31,151 bases of DNA from a virus (taxonomy: Duplodnaviria; Caudoviricetes), in IMG/VR virus record IMGVR_UViG_3300030376_001531, positions 1 to 31,151 of that record; one strand, written 5' to 3'. Numbering within the stretch: position 1 is the stretch's first letter; the number at the start of each line of letters is the position of its first letter. Position numbers and translations under genes: made by a program. Under the pieces are notes generated by a model that was not told the origin of the DNA, did not search any database, and was given only the letters and a program-made list of their open reading frames with translations. Below are positions 26,734 through 31,151 of this stretch, piece after piece.

Positions 26734-27912
26734 ATGAAAAACATACTATGTGTCCTATTTGCGGCGGTTATTGCGGTATCTGCTAACGCTCAAGAAAAAA
26801 ATAAATTATTTAAAGACTTTCTAAAATATAGTACAGTGTATATTTCTGGAGATATTCAAAACTCTAAAGAAAATGCACCGAGTTATTTTGTTAGAACAAA
26901 TCCTAACGGTAGTTTGTACGATGTACCTGTTGTAGTCGACGGTACTGACTATTATGACTATGATTATCGCTATGGTTTTGGTATTCGTAAGATTGCTAGA
27001 TTTGATTATGAAATAAAAGGCAAACAATACTACGATGGCACTGAATCTAACGTGTCTATGACAGCACCTAACTCAGCTATAAAAGGTTTTGAATATGTAT
27101 TTCATACTGAAAAAGAAAGATCTAGAGATGATGTTTTTAAAAATCATAGATATTTCTTAAAACACAGTGGTAAATACCATATTGCAAAAATAGAAAGTAG
27201 AAAACAAGGTAAAATTAACTTTGATTATAAATCTGCAGAATTAAGAGCCAAACTACCAATTGGTAAAAAATTTAGTTTATCAGGTGGAGTTATGTATCGA
27301 ACACATGAAAGACCTTATGGTTATAATCCTGTAGAGATATGGTTAAATGAAACTAATGCTCAAGGTCAAGCTGTTAATCCTTGGTATACTTTAGGATTTT
27401 ATTATGGATACGACGATATTTATTATACATATGAAGATGATTATACAGGTGAAACAGTATCTGATTGGTACTGGATTGATGAAGAAGGTGAAACTGTAGC
27501 TTATACTGATCTACAATTTAGACAGACAGTATTTACTGATCTTATGAATCGTTATAATGATGAGATATGGGAAGATATTGATGCTTTTGGTGTAATATCA
27601 CCTGTGATCGGTTTTGACTATTATCATTATAAAAATAATTTCTGGCTTCATGCTTATGGTTCTTATTTATTACCGTATCATAAATATGTAAAAGGCGATG
27701 AAGCTTTCAGCTATCACAATAGAAACAACTGGGGTTTAGGAGGTTTAGTTGAAGACGCTGAAAAAGAACAATGGAGTGATTACCAAACTGGTGTACAATT
27801 TGGTTGGAAACTTAGTAAAAGTATAGGTTTGTTTGTAGAAGGAGAATACACTAAGTTCTGGGATAGTAAAATATATAATAGTTCAGTAGGATTAAACATA
27901 ACATTAAAATAA
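26734..27912 (+). CDS. Exported outer-membrane beta-barrel-like protein
   Basis: Sec/SPI signal peptide (MKNILCVLFAAVIAVSANA|QE). Tyr/Trp/Gly-rich with alternating beta strands (FSLSGGVMYR, VIGFDYYHY, TGVQFGWKL, IGLFVEGEY) and terminal strand SVGLNITLK. Confidence 0.65.
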   Translation: MKNILCVLFAAVIAVSANAQEKNKLFKDFLKYSTVYISGDIQNSKENAPSYFVRTNPNGSLYDVPVVVDGTDYYDYDYRYGFGIRKIARFDYEIKGKQYYDGTESNVSMTAPNSAIKGFEYVFHTEKERSRDDVFKNHRYFLKHSGKYHIAKIESRKQGKINFDYKSAELRAKLPIGKKFSLSGGVMYRTHERPYGYNPVEIWLNETNAQGQAVNPWYTLGFYYGYDDIYYTYEDDYTGETVSDWYWIDEEGETVAYTDLQFRQTVFTDLMNRYNDEIWEDIDAFGVISPVIGFDYYHYKNNFWLHAYGSYLLPYHKYVKGDEAFSYHNRNNWGLGGLVEDAEKEQWSDYQTGVQFGWKLSKSIGLFVEGEYTKFWDSKIYNSSVGLNITLK

Positions 27913-27913
27913 A

Positions 27914-28198
27914 ATGGCAAAGCAAATAGGTGAAGATACTAAAGTAACACTTGATCTTAAAACGATAGGTATGATAATAGGTGGAGCAGTTTCGTTAGCT
28001 TTAATATATTTTACATTACAAGCTGATATAGCTTTGGCTAAAGAGTTGCCAAAACCAGTTATTGAAAGAGTAGAATATGATTTAAAAGATGAGTTGATTA
28101 GACAGACAATTATGGACACACAAGAAGATGTTGAGGCGATGAGAGATCAATTAGATAAAATTGATGAGAGATTATATGAAATACAAAAAAATAGATAA
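27914..28198 (+). CDS. Single-TM membrane protein with C-terminal coiled coil (holin- or i-spanin-like topology)
   Basis: 94 aa. TM segment TIGMIIGGAVSLALIYFTL followed by a heptad-like charged helix. Confidence 0.55.
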   Translation: MAKQIGEDTKVTLDLKTIGMIIGGAVSLALIYFTLQADIALAKELPKPVIERVEYDLKDELIRQTIMDTQEDVEAMRDQLDKIDERLYEIQKNR

Positions 28199-28608
28199 TG
28201 AAATACTTAATTTTACTTTTAATACCTTTTTTATCTTTTAGCCAGCAAGATGTTCCTGATGAATATTGGTTAACAGATGATGGGTTTGAAGATGCTATAA
28301 ATACTAATGAAGCTTTTGGAGATGATCAAAAAAAACCAGTTATAGTAGAATTTTGGGCTAAGTTTAATGAAGCAAATTGTTTTGCTGATTGGGATAAATT
28401 AGAAGATGTTATTTACTATAGAATAGATATAGCTAAAGCGCCACAATCAAAAAAGAAATACAGAGTGCGTATGGCACCTACATTAATTATATTTAAAGAT
28501 GGTGTAAAAGAAAATGTTTTTAAAGCAGGTCTAGATCTTTTATTACCTGCTGATTTAGAAGAAATACAAGAAGCAATAAACGAAGTAAATAAAGCTTCAC
28601 AATTTTAA
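28198..28608 (+). CDS. Exported thioredoxin-fold protein lacking CxxC
   Basis: Signal peptide MKYLILLLIPFLSFS|Q. PVIVEFWAKFNEANC aligns by eye with Trx VLVDFWAxWCGPC, and YRVRMAPTLIIFKDG with the Trx cis-Pro motif. Coupled to the upstream gene by TAATG. Confidence 0.7.
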   Translation: MKYLILLLIPFLSFSQQDVPDEYWLTDDGFEDAINTNEAFGDDQKKPVIVEFWAKFNEANCFADWDKLEDVIYYRIDIAKAPQSKKKYRVRMAPTLIIFKDGVKENVFKAGLDLLLPADLEEIQEAINEVNKASQF

Positions 28609-28609
28609 A

Positions 28610-28753
28610 ATGAAAAAGAAAAAATTAAATAGTAAAAATCCTAAATACTATCCACAAGAAGAAGAATCAAAAGATAGAAGAGAGTTAATTGCTACAATAC
28701 CTTTTGGTAAAAAACGTAAGGTTCATGCTTACGCGGTATTTAATGAAAACTAA
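28610..28753 (+). CDS. 47-aa basic hypothetical protein
   Basis: MKKKKLNSKNPKYYPQEEESKDRRELIATIPFGKKRKVHAYAVFNEN*. Tiles between the Trx-like stop (28608) and the endolysin ATG (28758). Confidence 0.6.
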   Translation: MKKKKLNSKNPKYYPQEEESKDRRELIATIPFGKKRKVHAYAVFNEN

Positions 28754-28757
28754 TAAT

Positions 28758-29222
28758 ATGGAAAATATAAGTAAACATATAACTTATGCTGAAGCTATAC
28801 ATTCAAATACAGCTAAGCGTAAAGGTATAGATAACACACCTAATCCTACTCAGTTAGAAAATATGAAAGTTACTGCTGAAAAAGTTTTTGAGCCATTACG
28901 TGCTTGGGTTGGTGGACCTATAAAAGTAAACTCATTTTTTAGATCACCAGAACTTAATACAGCAATAGGTGGAGTTACTTCTAGTCAACATTGTAAAGGA
29001 CAAGCAATTGATATTGATGATGTTTATGGCAGAAAATCTAACGCTGAGATGTTTACTTACATAAGAGAAATGCTTGATTTTGATCAAGTAATATGGGAGT
29101 TTGGTACAGATATGAATCCTAACTGGATACATGTATCATATGTTTCAAAAGAGGAAAATAGAAATCGATGTTTAAAAGCCTACAAAGACGATAGAGGTAG
29201 GACAAAATATAAAACAATTTAA
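28758..29222 (+). CDS. Peptidase M15 (M15A/M15_3-type) Zn peptidase, probable endolysin
   Basis: 154 aa from ATG 28758. Motifs FRSPELNTAIGG..SQHCKGQAIDID and WIHVSY supply the His/Asp/His Zn ligands of the M15 family. Confidence 0.88.
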   Translation: MENISKHITYAEAIHSNTAKRKGIDNTPNPTQLENMKVTAEKVFEPLRAWVGGPIKVNSFFRSPELNTAIGGVTSSQHCKGQAIDIDDVYGRKSNAEMFTYIREMLDFDQVIWEFGTDMNPNWIHVSYVSKEENRNRCLKAYKDDRGRTKYKTI

Positions 29223-29223
29223 C

Positions 29224-30297
29224 ATGAACAAACAAATGGCAAAAGCAGCTCAAGCAGCTGGAAAAGTAGGACAGCAATCTGGAGCTAAAGAAGCTTGGAG
29301 TAATTTCAGAAAAGAATACATGGACCGAGAAGGTAAAACAACTGTTAAAAGACAAGAAGACGGTAGTTACAAAAAAGAATTAATACCTACAAGTGCTGAA
29401 GAAAATCAAGCTGAGTATGATAGAGAAAAAAATGAATTTTACTATGATACTAACAAAGGTAAAATAAGGTTAATACCAACAGATGATGGAGAACAACAAG
29501 ACAGATCTGGGATTCAAGATTGGCAGCTAGCACCTTCTATGAAAGAAGATCCTAAAAGAGGAGAAGCTGGTTTTCAACAAGATCCTCAAGAAGCTTATTA
29601 TGAAAATAAATCTAAGAAAATGACTGAAGATGATAAGAGGTTACACGCGGTTTCTTCAATAACAGACAAATCTATAAAAGAACAGGATTATCCAGGGCAA
29701 GTCGGTGTTGATTTAGGTGTAATAAAAAAGAAATCTGTTTTAAACATGCTAGGTATATCAGGATCTCCACTTAAAAATGAAAAAAATATTAAACCAAGAA
29801 CTGGTTATAATACTATGCATATGGGCGATAAGAGAGCAAAAGAGATAAGTGAAATGTCTATCAACAGATCTCTTGCTGGTAAAGCAGCTTCTAAGAAAAT
29901 GAAAAGAACAAAAGTTGGACGTAATCTTAAATCTGCAGGTAAAGTTGCTGTAGAAGGTGCTAAGCAAGGTTTAGCAGAAGGTATGCAGTCTATGGTTGAA
30001 AAAGCAAAACCTGTTAATATACCTAAACCCAAGCCGAAGAAAAAAGGACAATCTTTTGAGGCTAGATCTCGTGAGCACATGAGAGCTCCTGGTAAAAATA
30101 CTAAAATGGGTATATCAATGAAGTCACCGTTAGAAATATCTGGTATTAAAAGCCCATTAAACAAAATTAGTGGTCCTTGTAAAACCGCTGCAAAAAAGAA
30201 GTTTAAAGTCTGGCCTAGTGCTTATGCTTCAGGTTGGGGTGTAAGATGTACTAAAGCCGGTGGACCAAGCAATTACGGAGGAGGTAAGAAAAAATAA
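29224..30297 (+). CDS. Basic low-complexity modular protein with C-terminal Cys-flanked WPSAYAS mini-domain
   Basis: 357 aa, Lys-rich, with three SPL motifs. Ends in CKTAAKKKFKVWPSAYASGWGVRCTKAGG. Confidence 0.6.
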   Translation: MNKQMAKAAQAAGKVGQQSGAKEAWSNFRKEYMDREGKTTVKRQEDGSYKKELIPTSAEENQAEYDREKNEFYYDTNKGKIRLIPTDDGEQQDRSGIQDWQLAPSMKEDPKRGEAGFQQDPQEAYYENKSKKMTEDDKRLHAVSSITDKSIKEQDYPGQVGVDLGVIKKKSVLNMLGISGSPLKNEKNIKPRTGYNTMHMGDKRAKEISEMSINRSLAGKAASKKMKRTKVGRNLKSAGKVAVEGAKQGLAEGMQSMVEKAKPVNIPKPKPKKKGQSFEARSREHMRAPGKNTKMGISMKSPLEISGIKSPLNKISGPCKTAAKKKFKVWPSAYASGWGVRCTKAGGPSNYGGGKKK

Positions 30298-30848
30298 TGA
30301 GTCTTTTTAATGATTTTAATATAGAGCAGTTTAAACGTAAAAGACCACCAAGTGATGGCTCTTTAACTACTTATAAAGAAATAAACGACATTAAAAGAAT
30401 ACCTATTAATAAAGAGTTTGTTGAATACAATGATGATCAAGAAAAAGTTTTTAAAAATATTTTTAAACAAAAAGGACTTGCATTTCCTGAAGACACGTTT
30501 ACACAGCTTAACAATGATAGTGCTGATATAATTACAAAACTTAAAAATTATCACGGTAGAACTAGACCACAAGGTTTGGCTAAAGGATTAGGTTTAAATT
30601 TAGACGTTGTTAACATGGACACGGCTAAAACAAAATCATATCCATCAGGTCATTCTGCTCAGTCAAAGTTGTTTGCAAATGCATTTAGTGAAATGTATCC
30701 TCAATATAAAAATGATTTTATGAAAGCAGCAAATGATATTTCACAAAGCAGATTAGTAGGAAGAGTTCATTATGCTTCAGATTCAAAAGTTGGTGAAGAA
30801 TTAGGAGACGCAATGTATAACCATATAAAAGAAAGAAATGGCATTTAA
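30297..30848 (+). CDS. PAP2-superfamily phosphatase (soluble acid phosphatase/haloperoxidase-like)
   Basis: All three PAP2 motifs are present: KNYHGRTRP (Kx6RP), SYPSGH and SRLVGRVHYASD (SRx5Hx3D). No TM segments or signal peptide. Confidence 0.88.
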   Translation: MSLFNDFNIEQFKRKRPPSDGSLTTYKEINDIKRIPINKEFVEYNDDQEKVFKNIFKQKGLAFPEDTFTQLNNDSADIITKLKNYHGRTRPQGLAKGLGLNLDVVNMDTAKTKSYPSGHSAQSKLFANAFSEMYPQYKNDFMKAANDISQSRLVGRVHYASDSKVGEELGDAMYNHIKERNGI

Positions 30849-31151
30849 ACTACATAACTCACCTTTCAAATGTTGGAAAGGCTATGAAAGAGTACCTGGC
30901 ACTGCACAAGGCGCAAAAGGTAGTTGTCGTAAATCATCACCTATAAAAAAACAAAAAGGCGGTGGTACATCTAAGACATGTTTACCTAAAGCTAAAATAG
31001 CTAGCTTGTCTTCTGATAAGAAAAAAGAATTAGTAAGTTCAAAGAAGTCTGCTGCTTCAAGAGGTGCTTACAAAAGATCAAGTAAAACAAATGTAAAGGG
31101 TGCTCGTAAAAAAGGAGCTACACTCAGAGACTGGTTTGAAAAAGAAGACTG
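30838..31151 (+). CDS. Basic Cys-containing modular protein, 3'-truncated by the window edge
   Basis: ATG 30838, open to the end: MAFKLHNSPFKCWKGYERVPGTAQGAKGSCRKSSPIKKQKGGGTSKTCLPKAK...GATLRDWFEKED. Absent from the ORF track because it has no stop in the window. Confidence 0.75.
   Translation, partial: MAFKLHNSPFKCWKGYERVPGTAQGAKGSCRKSSPIKKQKGGGTSKTCLPKAKIASLSSDKKKELVSSKKSAASRGAYKRSSKTNVKGARKKGATLRDWFEKED

Noticed and set aside
28689-28757. TTG-started N-terminal extension of the endolysin in the ORF track
   Set aside because: It overlaps the 47-aa ORF 28610-28753. ATG 28758 has a better context and begins the recognisable domain.
40-30572. The many 60-119 aa minus-strand ORFs in the track
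   Set aside because: All lie antisense to long + strand genes, have the Phe/Ile/Ser/Leu-rich composition of antisense shadows, and show no motifs.
1-31151. Stop-codon reassignment (TAG/TGA recoding known in some crAss-like phages)
   Set aside because: All complete called genes end in TAA, but the long ORFs are uninterrupted under the standard code and tile the window, so there is no positive evidence of recoding.
1-31151. tRNA, CRISPR array, integrase, intron/intein or DGR elements
   Set aside because: Intergenic gaps are too short for RNA genes or arrays, and I saw no direct-repeat arrays, recombinase, reverse transcriptase or intein motifs.

Overview
This is an AT-rich, gene-dense, single-stranded-coded (+) segment of a tailed dsDNA phage genome, containing the morphogenesis and lysis region. 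It is most consistent with a crAss-like or related podovirus of Bacteroidota (Flavobacteria-type). Supporting this: no Shine-Dalgarno motifs, A-rich start contexts, and the order TerL, portal, scaffold-like protein, major capsid protein, capsid accessory protein, two ring/adaptor proteins, a split tail stabilisation (muzzle-like) protein, then three ejection/cargo-like proteins. The last of these is 3002 aa and carries an intact HAD phosphatase domain. Downstream is an envelope/lysis block: a 25-aa cationic amphipathic peptide, an exported beta-barrel-like protein, a single-TM coiled-coil protein, an exported thioredoxin-fold protein lacking CxxC, a 47-aa ORF and a peptidase M15 endolysin. After that come basic modular proteins punctuated by S-P-hydrophobic-K/N/E motifs and a PAP2 phosphatase. 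The two most notable signals are (1) a hidden layer of +1-frame overprinted ORFs inside the scaffold gene (MPFKSEKQRRYLW..., 44 aa) and inside terL, each coinciding with locally abnormal codon usage, and (2) the candidate non-canonical trans-envelope module beside the endolysin. All functional calls come from motif recognition and synteny; no searches were run.
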